Below are positions 16,756-24,861 of a DNA stretch of 32,000 nt, one piece after another (position 1 is the stretch's first letter; each line of letters begins with the position of its first letter). The stretch covers positions 120,001 to 152,000 of the forward strand of contig CAURWT010000002.1 of NCBI GenBank assembly GCA_963528875.1. The letters are read 5' to 3'. The position numbers and the translations under genes are program-made. The notes beneath the pieces were generated by a model. It saw nothing but the letters and a program-made list of their open reading frames with translations, searched no databases and was not told the DNA's origin. Source of the DNA: an uncultured Candidatus Saccharimonas sp. Lineage in GTDB: Bacteria; Patescibacteriota; Saccharimonadia; Saccharimonadales; Saccharimonadaceae.

Positions 16756-17937
16756 TTATTTTAAAATTTCTAACGCCTTGTTTTTTTGAATATCGTTTAA
16801 TAAATAACTTTCACCCTTTGGTGCGCTCACTTTAATATCTGGCGAAATTCCATTATTCGAAATATTTTTCCCACTTGGCGTAAACCATTTCGCAATCGTA
16901 ACTTTCAATAAAGCTCCATTTGGCATATCAATAGTAGTTTGAACACTTCCCTTACCGTAAGATTTTTCACCAACAATTTGAGCAGCTTTATGCTCTTTTA
17001 AAGCGCCCGCAACGATTTCGCTCGCACTAGCCGAGGAGCCGTCAAGCAAAATTACAGTTTTAATACCTTTCAAAGGATTGTCACCAGTCGCTCGAATCTC
17101 CTCAATCGTTTTTGAACCAGTTTTTTCACTAACGATCAAAGCATTTTTTTCAAGCCACAAGCTTGCAACAGTTTTTGCAGCTTGAACATATCCGCCGCCG
17201 TTTCCACGCAAGTCTAAAATAACTTTTGAAATTCCCTCATTTTTAATTTCTTCGGCATATTTTTTCGCCAAAACACCAGTTTCACTATCAAATCGATAAA
17301 TTGAAAGTGTTGCGACACCATCTTTCTTCGAGAGTTCCACACTTGGATTTTCAATTTTCGCACGCGTAACTGAGAATTCTTTCTTTTCATTGCCACGAAC
17401 TACACCAATCTTAACAGTTGTTCCAGCATCTCCACGAATTTTTTTGCTAATTTCAGAAACATTTTCTTTCGAGACATCTTCACCGTTAACTTTCGAAATT
17501 ACATCACCTACTAAAATTCCTGAACTTTCGGCTGGATTTTTAGCTAAAACTCGCACAACTTTAACGGAATCACCATCTTTTGCGAGCTCAACACCAATTC
17601 CTGTTCCAACATCACCACTTAAGCTTTTATTGAATTCTTCAGCCTCTTTAGAAGTCATATACTCCGTGTATTTGTCTCCTACCGCTTCAACTAGACCTTT
17701 CGAAGCACCATCGATAATTTTTTGTTTATCAATTTCGCCATCAAAATTTGAGGCTAAAGCTTGATAAGTTTTTTCGACATTCGAAAAATCTATTCTTTCA
17801 ACCTTTTTCAGTCCAAAAACTGGCGCGATTAAATTTCTAATATCATCTATTCTTGAGCCACCCGCAAAGCCTAAAACCAGCATAAAAACTGAAACCAAAA
17901 CTAGCGTTGAGCGTTCAACTTTTTTACCTCTATCCAT
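16756..17937 (-). CDS. ctpA: S41 family C-terminal processing peptidase with a PDZ domain
   Basis: N-terminal TM anchor, PDZ (..GIGVEL..V..V..PA..SGILVGDVI..VNG), LDLRGNGGG and DGSSASASEIVAGAL (catalytic Ser). Start trimmed to the ATG at 17937, 7 nt from a -10 element. Confidence 0.88.
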   Translation of the reverse strand: MDRGKKVERSTLVLVSVFMLVLGFAGGSRIDDIRNLIAPVFGLKKVERIDFSNVEKTYQALASNFDGEIDKQKIIDGASKGLVEAVGDKYTEYMTSKEAEEFNKSLSGDVGTGIGVELAKDGDSVKVVRVLAKNPAESSGILVGDVISKVNGEDVSKENVSEISKKIRGDAGTTVKIGVVRGNEKKEFSVTRAKIENPSVELSKKDGVATLSIYRFDSETGVLAKKYAEEIKNEGISKVILDLRGNGGGYVQAAKTVASLWLEKNALIVSEKTGSKTIEEIRATGDNPLKGIKTVILLDGSSASASEIVAGALKEHKAAQIVGEKSYGKGSVQTTIDMPNGALLKVTIAKWFTPSGKNISNNGISPDIKVSAPKGESYLLNDIQKNKALEILK

Positions 17938-17944
17938 AAATTCC

Positions 17945-17953
17945 ATTATATCA
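17945..17953 (-). promoter_or_regulatory. Extended -10 TGATATAAT, 7 nt from the ctpA ATG (leaderless type)
   Basis: The minus strand reads TGATATAAT-GGAATTT-ATGGAT. Confidence 0.55.
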
Positions 17954-18056
17954 CAAAAGCACAAGCATAACAAAAAAATAAGTTCTGAAAGATAAGTTTA
18001 ATATTTGGTGCCTTAAAATAATTTGAATTTGCACTGTTTTTGTGCTATATATTATT

Positions 18057-18800
18057 TTATTTCTTCAAAAGATTTCGCAATATAAGCTCAGGATTTTCTA
18101 AAGTAAGTTTTGTAATTTGATAGCTTTCTGAATCGTGATAATCAATTTCTTGAATAGATTCATTAAAATTGTATATTTTTGAATTTGGTAAAGCTGTAAT
18201 AATAGGGGAATGAGTAGCTATGATGAATTGAGCTCCGCTTTGCGTTAGTTCATATATCTTTGCCATAAAGGCTAATTGATTTTGTGGCGAAAGAGCAGCT
18301 TCTGGTTCATCTAAGATATATAATCCATTAGGTTTAAATTTATTTAAAACCAGACCTAAGAATGCCTGACCGTGTGAGCGTTCGTGAGGGATTCCGCCGT
18401 AAGAATCTAACTTATATCCCATAGCAATCTCTCTACTGTATATATCTTCCAGATAAGTAGCTACATTATAAAAACTTTCAGCCCTCAAGAAAAATCCATC
18501 CCGTGGTCGCTTAGCCCCTCTAACAATCTGAATATATTCACTAAGGTTTGAATGCGTTTCTTTAGTTGCGAAATTAAAATTAACAGTTCCTCCCTCAGGA
18601 TTAAATCCTAAAGAAACCGCAATACCTTCAAGTAAAGTTGATTTACCGCTCCCATTTTCGCCCATAAAAAAGGTAATAGGAGAAGACAAATTTAAATAAT
18701 CAATGGAATTTATTGATGGAATTTCAGAGTAGTATTTCCCTTTAGGTATAGGTTTTATCCTTATTTCTTTAACAAAAACATCCATTACATCCCCTTTCAT
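18057..18800 (-). CDS. Stand-alone small ABC-type (AAA_15/21-like) ATPase with no partner gene
   Basis: Walker A GENGSGKSTLLEGI, signature-like SHGQ, Walker B LYILDEPEAALS and H-loop IATHSP. No TM or nuclease domain. Alternative start is the ATG at 18785, preceded by AAAGGGGA. Confidence 0.8.
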   Translation of the reverse strand: MKGDVMDVFVKEIRIKPIPKGKYYSEIPSINSIDYLNLSSPITFFMGENGSGKSTLLEGIAVSLGFNPEGGTVNFNFATKETHSNLSEYIQIVRGAKRPRDGFFLRAESFYNVATYLEDIYSREIAMGYKLDSYGGIPHERSHGQAFLGLVLNKFKPNGLYILDEPEAALSPQNQLAFMAKIYELTQSGAQFIIATHSPIITALPNSKIYNFNESIQEIDYHDSESYQITKLTLENPELILRNLLKK

Positions 18801-18805
18801 TCTTT

Positions 18806-18814
18806 ATTATATCA
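18806..18814 (-). promoter_or_regulatory. Extended -10 TGATATAAT, 5 nt from the first ATG of the ATPase ORF
   Basis: The minus strand reads TGATATAAT-AAAGA-ATG. The spacing is so short that the 18785 ATG may be the one actually used. Confidence 0.45.
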
Positions 18815-18950
18815 TGATAAAGAGAAACTTTTAATAATAAAAATTTATTGATAGCTTATTTTGATAAAAATCTATCCAAAACTTTATAAAGACACCCTAC
18901 CTCGTGGAATTTTTAAATGAGCACTTTTAGTTAATCGCTAAAAATAACAA

Positions 18951-18984
18951 ATAATAAAAAGCGAGTCAGTTAAACTGGCTCGCT
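18951..18984 (-). terminator. Rho-independent terminator after the CHAP hydrolase gene
   Basis: Minus-strand RNA reads AGCGAGCCAG-UUUAA-CUGACUCGCU (10 bp, one mismatch) followed by UUUUUAUUAU. Confidence 0.65.
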
Positions 18985-18989
18985 AAATA

Positions 18990-20174
18990 TTAATCGAAAT
19001 ACACATATGTATCATAAGTGCTTGCAGGTACGGTCATTGTTGAGAATTGACCCCATCTACCATTAACAAAGTAATTATACTGCGAAATCGTAACCATATT
19101 ACCATTCACAGCCTCAACCCAAACAATGTGACCATATTGACCGCCGCTCATTACGCCGAATGATCCAACTTTTGGAGTACTTCCAGTTCGGAATCCTGCT
19201 CGCCGTGCGCTAGCCGGCACATCTTTAGCATTACCCCAATATGCAGCGTTGATACCTTTTGTTGCACGCAATTTCCATGCAACATAGCTCACGCATTGGC
19301 GACAACCATAGCCATAGCCATCTGTTCCATTTCCATCTGCACCACCATAGCTTACCGCATTTGCATCAACAAAACAGTTTGCATCATTCCAGGGGTAGCT
19401 ACTTGTTCCAGCAATAGCTTGCGGAAGTGATCCACTACCAGCCGCCCGGGCTGCACGCAAAATTTGAGCCTGAATAATATCTTGCTGCTGTTTTTGAAGA
19501 GCTGCTTTTTGCGAATTTCGCTCGTTCGCATATTTTGTATATTCTGCTTCATCATTTTTAGTTTGAGCAATCAATTCATTCTGCTGGCGAATTTTTTCTT
19601 GAAGCGCAGATTCAGCTTGTTGCTGATTAGTTAAAGCAACTTTAACTTCATCTCGCTGTTTTTCAAGTTCAGCTTTTGCTCGCTTAATACTATCAACCTT
19701 TTCAACCAACTGGTTCTTAACTGCACTCTGATATTCAAAATTATCAAGCGCTTTCGAAAGATTGTTACTCCCTGCAATCCGCTCGATTGGTGTTATGTCA
19801 TCTTCAATTGACATTGCCGCCAAAATAGAACCCAACGCATTTCGATTTCGTTCAATATTTTCTTCGTTATTTTTAATTTCAAGCTGCAGCTTTTCGTATT
19901 GTTTTTGATATATTGCAATTTGCGATTGAATTGTGGCTTTTTCATTTTCAATACCACTAAGCTCATTTTGAAGTGTTTGTGCTTTATTTCTAAGATCACT
20001 CGCACGAGATTCCGCACCGCTAATTTGAGATTCCAGCGCTTTAATTTCTTTATCGAGCTGTTCAACGCTCTTCTCGGCTTCAGCACTTTTTGGTAAAGCC
20101 GCAATAATACCAGCAGCAACAACTCCAAGAGAAATTGCGCCATTTATCACTAAATTCTTCTTAATCTTTTTCAT
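18990..20174 (-). CDS. PcsB-like secreted coiled-coil protein with a C-terminal CHAP peptidoglycan hydrolase domain
   Basis: Signal/TM (LVINGAISLGVVAAGIIAAL), about 230 aa of heptad-rich coiled coil, then CHAP (..YGCRQCVSYVAWKL.., ..YGHIVWVEAV..). Start trimmed from a TTG at 20225 to the ATG at 20174. Lies directly downstream of ftsEX. Confidence 0.8.
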   Translation of the reverse strand: MKKIKKNLVINGAISLGVVAAGIIAALPKSAEAEKSVEQLDKEIKALESQISGAESRASDLRNKAQTLQNELSGIENEKATIQSQIAIYQKQYEKLQLEIKNNEENIERNRNALGSILAAMSIEDDITPIERIAGSNNLSKALDNFEYQSAVKNQLVEKVDSIKRAKAELEKQRDEVKVALTNQQQAESALQEKIRQQNELIAQTKNDEAEYTKYANERNSQKAALQKQQQDIIQAQILRAARAAGSGSLPQAIAGTSSYPWNDANCFVDANAVSYGGADGNGTDGYGYGCRQCVSYVAWKLRATKGINAAYWGNAKDVPASARRAGFRTGSTPKVGSFGVMSGGQYGHIVWVEAVNGNMVTISQYNYFVNGRWGQFSTMTVPASTYDTYVYFD

Positions 20175-20213
20175 AGTTGTTTTTCTTTTTATTTTAAATT
20201 TATTCTTAATTAG

Positions 20214-20222
20214 ATTATACCA
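20214..20222 (-). promoter_or_regulatory. Extended -10 TGGTATAAT promoter for the CHAP hydrolase gene (about 33-nt leader)
   Basis: Plus-strand attatacca lies in the ftsX / CHAP-gene spacer. Confidence 0.5.
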
Positions 20223-20250
20223 CAATATTTTTTCGAAAACAAGCCCCTTT

Positions 20251-21282
20251 CTATATTTTTAGATATTTTCTTGTTGCCGTAAATGCCGAGACAACACCAA
20301 TAAACGAACCAACAACTATCAGTCCCAGAACAACCAAAAATCCATAAATTTGCAAGAATGAAATTACTGGCGAAATGATAATTCCATAAGCCTCGAGCCG
20401 AGATTTCGAAAGAAAAATTATAGTATAGCCAATTATTGAAGCTAGAATTGCTGCAATTGTTCCGCAAATTATAGCTTCAACCAAAAATGGCCCAGCAATA
20501 AAACTCTTATTAGCACCGATCAATTTCATCATATAAATCTCTTCTCGACGGTTAAAAATAGCCATTCGAATTGTATTAAAAATGATTAAACTAGCAATGA
20601 TTACAAAAATTGAGCCAGCTAAAATTCCAACTTTTTCAGCAAAATTAATTGTATTTGATATATTTTTAATAATCTCATTTCGATCGCTCGCATATGTTGG
20701 CGGATGATCTGGATCGAGATTCGATTTAATCAACTTATTATTTTCAACAAGATTTTTTAGCTCGGTTGAATTAGAAATATCCACAAGTTTAACATTGAAA
20801 ATTCCAAAAAATTCATTATTCGATTCAATTAAGGCTTTTCGAATATCCGCATCAGCCGAATTTTTTCGAGCAAATCTATCACGTGCCTCTTGTGGTGAAG
20901 TATATGTTATATCTGTAACTGAAGGTAAATCTTTAATTGCTTTTTGCATCTTTAAAACATCAGAATTTAAAACACCTTTTTTAAGGTAGATAGACATATC
21001 AACTTTATTTTTGATGTCATCAACTGTATCCATCAAAATTGAACGCGCAAGGAGTGAACCAAAAATAATAACCAAAGTAACAGTCATCACAGCAGTCGCA
21101 GCAACTGAAAGCCAAGCATTTCGAATAAAGCTATTTGCACCATATTTCGTAATTCGCCAAAGAGTTAAAGTTTTGCGGCGGCGCTGTTTCTGTTGCATAA
21201 TAATTTTTGAATTTTGTTTTTTTCTACCTTGTTGCACTTGAGAGCCTTTAATTTTATGATGTTTTAGATTTTCCTCTCTCAT
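20251..21282 (-). CDS. ftsX: Cell-division ABC transporter permease-like protein FtsX
   Basis: Basic N-terminus, TM1, a large extracytoplasmic loop and three C-terminal TMs (..MKLIGANKSFIAGPFLVEA..). The start overlaps the ftsE stop (TAATG). Confidence 0.85.
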   Translation of the reverse strand: MREENLKHHKIKGSQVQQGRKKQNSKIIMQQKQRRRKTLTLWRITKYGANSFIRNAWLSVAATAVMTVTLVIIFGSLLARSILMDTVDDIKNKVDMSIYLKKGVLNSDVLKMQKAIKDLPSVTDITYTSPQEARDRFARKNSADADIRKALIESNNEFFGIFNVKLVDISNSTELKNLVENNKLIKSNLDPDHPPTYASDRNEIIKNISNTINFAEKVGILAGSIFVIIASLIIFNTIRMAIFNRREEIYMMKLIGANKSFIAGPFLVEAIICGTIAAILASIIGYTIIFLSKSRLEAYGIIISPVISFLQIYGFLVVLGLIVVGSFIGVVSAFTATRKYLKI

Positions 21283-21965
21283 TATTGTCTATACTCCCCT
21301 TGCGATTGGTCGTGGGTAATTTTTCCACCATTTAAGGTAATTACACGACGTTTAAGTTTATTTACAATTTCAACATTGTGTGTAGTTAGAACAACCGTTG
21401 TTCCGTAGTTGTTAATTTTTTCAAGCAATCTAATAATATCCCAACTGTGCTTTGGGTCAAGATTCCCCGTTGGTTCATCAGCAATTAGAATTTTTGGCTG
21501 GCGAGCAATTGCGCGGGCGATTGCCACGCGTTGTCTTTCACCACCACTTAACTGGTGCGGAAAATTTCCCTCTTTTCCTTCAAGGCCAACAAGTTTAATA
21601 ACTTTCGGAACAGTCGCTTTAATCTCATGATTTGTCATTCCGGCAATTTCAAGCGCAAAAGCTACATTTTCGAAAACAGTTCGATTTGGCAAAAGCTTAA
21701 AATCTTGAAAAATCACACCAATTCGGCGCCGCAAAAGTGGAACATCCTTATCTCGCAATTTATCATAATCGATTCCACCAACAACAATTTTACCGCTGGT
21801 TTGTTTTTCTTCACGAGTGAGCATTTTTAAAAGTGAGGATTTCCCCGCACCACTCGTTCCAACCAAAATAACAAACTCTTTTGGCTTAATATGAAGGCTA
21901 ACCCTGTTAATCGCAGGAGTTTTTGAATTACCATAAACTTTTGTCACACGATCTAATAATATCAT
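21282..21965 (-). CDS. ftsE: Cell-division ATP-binding protein FtsE
   Basis: [28 protein letters not shown] and [12 protein letters not shown] motifs. A GTG at 21968 is also possible as the start. Confidence 0.95.
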   Translation of the reverse strand: MILLDRVTKVYGNSKTPAINRVSLHIKPKEFVILVGTSGAGKSSLLKMLTREEKQTSGKIVVGGIDYDKLRDKDVPLLRRRIGVIFQDFKLLPNRTVFENVAFALEIAGMTNHEIKATVPKVIKLVGLEGKEGNFPHQLSGGERQRVAIARAIARQPKILIADEPTGNLDPKHSWDIIRLLEKINNYGTTVVLTTHNVEIVNKLKRRVITLNGGKITHDQSQGEYRQ

Positions 21966-21973
21966 CACTTTTT

Positions 21974-21982
21974 ATTATACCA
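21974..21982 (-). promoter_or_regulatory. Extended -10 TGGTATAAT, 8 nt from the ftsE ATG (leaderless type)
   Basis: The minus strand reads TGGTATAAT-AAAAAGTG-ATGATA. Confidence 0.6.
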
Positions 21983-22051
21983 GCTTTTTTCAAAGTGTTC
22001 AAGCTTATTTAAAAATTTTAACTAAAATCACCCTTTCGAGTGATTTTTGAG

Positions 22052-22609
22052 TTATTTTTTAGCTTTTTTCTTTCGAAGAAGCTGTGCTGTATAGTTTTCT
22101 GGTGAATCTGCAGTTTTATCGATTCCTAGAACTTCTAGAACATCCCACAACTCTTGGCGAATTCCATCTGGATTATCACCTTTTTTCACTTCTCGTTCAA
22201 GTTTAATGAAAGTCCCCAATCCTTCAACATCATCTAAAAAGAAAGTAGTATCCTCAACTTGAAGCTTTTGACGGTTTCGAAGCACCTCAACTTTCATTTC
22301 GAACCCAAGTTGCTGAACAATATGTGCCGTTTCAGAATAATTTAAAACTGGCGTTTCGTGAATTAAATCAACATTTTCAGCATCAATATGGCGCTTTTGA
22401 ATTAACTGATACCAAGGTTTGCGTTTTGGATCAATAATCTCTGTTCGAATCATTAACTTTGGTAAATTTCTGCTTGGCTGAAAACCTCGTGGTAAAAACA
22501 CGCGATCATTCTGAAAAATAACTCGCCCAAAATCATGCCCCGTATCCGTTATTCTTTTAATAAAATCAACCTTATTTTTAATTTTTGCCTTTACGATAAC
22601 TTTCTTCAT
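22052..22609 (-). CDS. CYTH-like (class IV adenylate cyclase / triphosphate tunnel) domain protein
   Basis: 185 aa with size and a ..LGTFIKLEREV.. C-terminal strand resembling CyaB/CYTH. The N-terminal ExExK motif is replaced by VKAKIK. Confidence 0.5.
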   Translation of the reverse strand: MKKVIVKAKIKNKVDFIKRITDTGHDFGRVIFQNDRVFLPRGFQPSRNLPKLMIRTEIIDPKRKPWYQLIQKRHIDAENVDLIHETPVLNYSETAHIVQQLGFEMKVEVLRNRQKLQVEDTTFFLDDVEGLGTFIKLEREVKKGDNPDGIRQELWDVLEVLGIDKTADSPENYTAQLLRKKKAKK

Positions 22610-22615
22610 GATTCG

Positions 22616-22624
22616 ATTATACCA
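22616..22624 (-). promoter_or_regulatory. Extended -10 TGGTATAAT, 6 nt from the CYTH-gene ATG (leaderless type)
   Basis: The minus strand reads TGGTATAAT-CGAATC-ATGAAG. It lies in a 21-bp intergenic gap. Confidence 0.6.
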
Positions 22625-22630
22625 TATTAT

Positions 22631-23431
22631 TTAGATTTCGCCAAGATGCTCATGCTCCAACCTTTGTCTAGATTGTTCTGCCAAACAGACCGTAGCGGCC
22701 ATTGCCACATTTAAGCTTTCAATTTCGCCAACCTGCGGAATCATTACTTGATTTTCAATTTTCGAAAGTAGCTCACTAGAAACACCAGAACCTTCATTAC
22801 CAAAAATCCAAGCCGTTTTTATTGTAAAATCCTCGTCGTAAATTGATTTTTTAGCTCTCAAACTTGTAGCAAAAACTGGAACTTGCATTTTATCAACTAA
22901 TAAATTTAAATCTTGGTTTTCGAAAATTTTTAGTTTAAAATGCGCCCCCATTCCAGATCGCAACACTTTTGGAGACCAAGCCGAAACAGTCCCTTTCGAG
23001 CAAATAATTTGTTCAACACCAAAACCGACCGCACTACGCAAAATCGTGCCAAGATTACCCGGATCTTGAATCTTTTCAAGAAAAATCGTATCTTTTCGAA
23101 AGTCGACATCTTGAAAAGTCGATATTTTTACAACAAAAAGTATTCCAACACCCTCAATTACGGGGCTAATTTTAGTATAAATATTTGTCTCAAGTTCAAC
23201 AATTTCAACGCCGAGCTCTTCACATTTTTTAATCACTTGCTCAACCTCAAAACTTTTAGAAGAACTTGAGATAACACAAATCTCTGGTGAGCCAAAAGCT
23301 TTAAGCCATTCGCTAGCTAAATGGACACCTTCAATAATAGTTAGCCCCTGTTTGTTTCGAAAGCTTTGTTTATTCGAAAGTTGAACAAGTTTTTTAACCA
23401 AAGGGTTTTGCGATGAACTAATTTTTTTCAT
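22631..23431 (-). CDS. TrmH/SpoU-family RNA 2'-O-methyltransferase (RlmB-like)
   Basis: ..LEKIQDPGNLGTILRSA.., ..WIFGNEGSGVS.. and ..IPQVGEIESLNVAMAATV.. SPOUT motifs. The start overlaps the glyQS stop by 1 nt. Confidence 0.85.
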   Translation of the reverse strand: MKKISSSQNPLVKKLVQLSNKQSFRNKQGLTIIEGVHLASEWLKAFGSPEICVISSSSKSFEVEQVIKKCEELGVEIVELETNIYTKISPVIEGVGILFVVKISTFQDVDFRKDTIFLEKIQDPGNLGTILRSAVGFGVEQIICSKGTVSAWSPKVLRSGMGAHFKLKIFENQDLNLLVDKMQVPVFATSLRAKKSIYDEDFTIKTAWIFGNEGSGVSSELLSKIENQVMIPQVGEIESLNVAMAATVCLAEQSRQRLEHEHLGEI

Positions 23432-24780
23432 TAAATCTCGCTCGATTTTACGCGAATTTGCGAGGCGTCATCTCGATTTCGAACGCTCACCAAGCCATCA
23501 CCCTCAATTGTGTCAAAATCAATCACAACAACTTTTGGCACACCAATTTCATCGGCCTTGGCGTAAACTTTTCCAACTTTTCCACTCAAATCAAATTCGA
23601 CATTTTTGTATTTTTGGCGAAGTTCAAGATAGATTTCTCGTGCTTTTTCAACCAAAGCTTCTTTGTTTTTAAGAAGTGGCGCCACAATAATTTTTGTTGG
23701 AGCAAGATTTTCAGGTAATGCCAAAAAAATGCGAGTTTTACCATTAGTTTCAACTTCGCGATAAGCATTCGAAAGAACCGCCATCAAAAGCCGCTCAACA
23801 CCAAAACTTGGCTCAATTACGTGAGGAATGAACTTTTTACGAGTTTGTTTATTGGTGTATTCCATACTTTTACCGCTCACTCGCTGAATATTCGCAAGAT
23901 CAAAATCAGTGCGATAAGCAATCCCCATCAATTCTTCTTTACCGATTGGGTAATTAAATTCAAAATCAACAGTACGCTTTGAATAATGCGCGCGGTCTTC
24001 TTCTGGAACTTCAAGCTCATATAGCGAACTTTGTGACAAGACCATTTTTTCAGTTAAGAATTCTCGAACTAAATCAAGCAATTTTTCAAATTCAGCCTCC
24101 CAATTCTCAGGATTTACGAAATATTCAATCTCCATTTGCTCAAACTCACGAGAACGAAAAACAAAATCCCGAGGTGAAATCTCATTTCGAAAGGCTTTTC
24201 CTTGTTGCGCGAGGCCAAATGGCAAGCTTGGATAGAACGAATCAACAACATTTTTGTAATTAGTAAAAATTCCCTGAGCAGTTTCTGGTCGAAGATATGC
24301 AGTTGAATTTTCATTCACCACAGCACCAACATTAGTTTGAAACATCATATTGAAACTTCGAACTTCACTAAGCTCATTGCCTTTTGGTGATTTCAAGCCT
24401 TGCTCACGGATAATTTCAGTGATTTTCTCGTTTGAAAGTCCTTCTGCTTCAATTCCAACATCTTTTAAAAGATGATCAGCACGATATCGCTCGCCTGTTT
24501 TTAAATCTTCTACCAAAGGGTCGGCGAAAGTTGCAGCATGGCCACTCGCTTGCCAAACTTTTGGATTCATAATAATTGCAGCATCAACACCAAACATATC
24601 TTCACGATTTTCAACAAAAAATTCCCACCACTCGTTCATGATTTTACGTTTCAAAGCTAGCCCGAGTGGGCCGTAGTCCCAAGTTCCGCGCATTCCGCCA
24701 TAAACTTCACTACCTTGCCAAATAAAACCGCGCCGTTTAGCAAGGCTCACAATTTTATCCATCAAATCTTCGTTCTTCAT
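23431..24780 (-). CDS. glyQS: Glycine--tRNA ligase (dimeric class II GlyQS type)
   Basis: ..RGFIWQGSEVYGGMRGTWDYGPLG.., ..YLRPETAQGIF.., ..GKAFRNEISPR.. and ..PHVIEPSFGVERL.. motifs. SD GGAGG. Confidence 0.95.
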   Translation of the reverse strand: MKNEDLMDKIVSLAKRRGFIWQGSEVYGGMRGTWDYGPLGLALKRKIMNEWWEFFVENREDMFGVDAAIIMNPKVWQASGHAATFADPLVEDLKTGERYRADHLLKDVGIEAEGLSNEKITEIIREQGLKSPKGNELSEVRSFNMMFQTNVGAVVNENSTAYLRPETAQGIFTNYKNVVDSFYPSLPFGLAQQGKAFRNEISPRDFVFRSREFEQMEIEYFVNPENWEAEFEKLLDLVREFLTEKMVLSQSSLYELEVPEEDRAHYSKRTVDFEFNYPIGKEELMGIAYRTDFDLANIQRVSGKSMEYTNKQTRKKFIPHVIEPSFGVERLLMAVLSNAYREVETNGKTRIFLALPENLAPTKIIVAPLLKNKEALVEKAREIYLELRQKYKNVEFDLSGKVGKVYAKADEIGVPKVVVIDFDTIEGDGLVSVRNRDDASQIRVKSSEI

Positions 24781-24805
24781 TTTTCCTCCGTATAACCTTT
24801 TAACT

Positions 24806-24814
24806 ATTATACCA
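24806..24814 (-). promoter_or_regulatory. Extended -10 TGGTATAAT promoter for glyQS (short leader containing GGAGG)
   Basis: The minus strand reads TGGTATAAT-agttaaaaggttatacGGAGGaaaa-ATG. Confidence 0.6.
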
Positions 24815-24846
24815 AAAAAGCTCCCGTTTTTCGAGAGCTTTTTGTT
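24814..24846 (-). terminator. Terminator hairpin after the surface-protein gene
   Basis: AAAAAGCTCCCG-ttttt-CGAGAGCTTTTT: an 8-bp stem with one mismatch, flanked by A and T runs. Confidence 0.6.
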
Positions 24847-24861
24847 TAAATTGCTATAAAA

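Noticed and set aside
18005-18016. The 12-mer tggtgccttaaa is shared between the rsmH terminator (6783-6794) and the spacer after the orphan ATPase.
   Set aside because: The second copy has no complementary arm, so it forms no hairpin. A single 12-nt match in 32 kb of AT-rich DNA may be chance.
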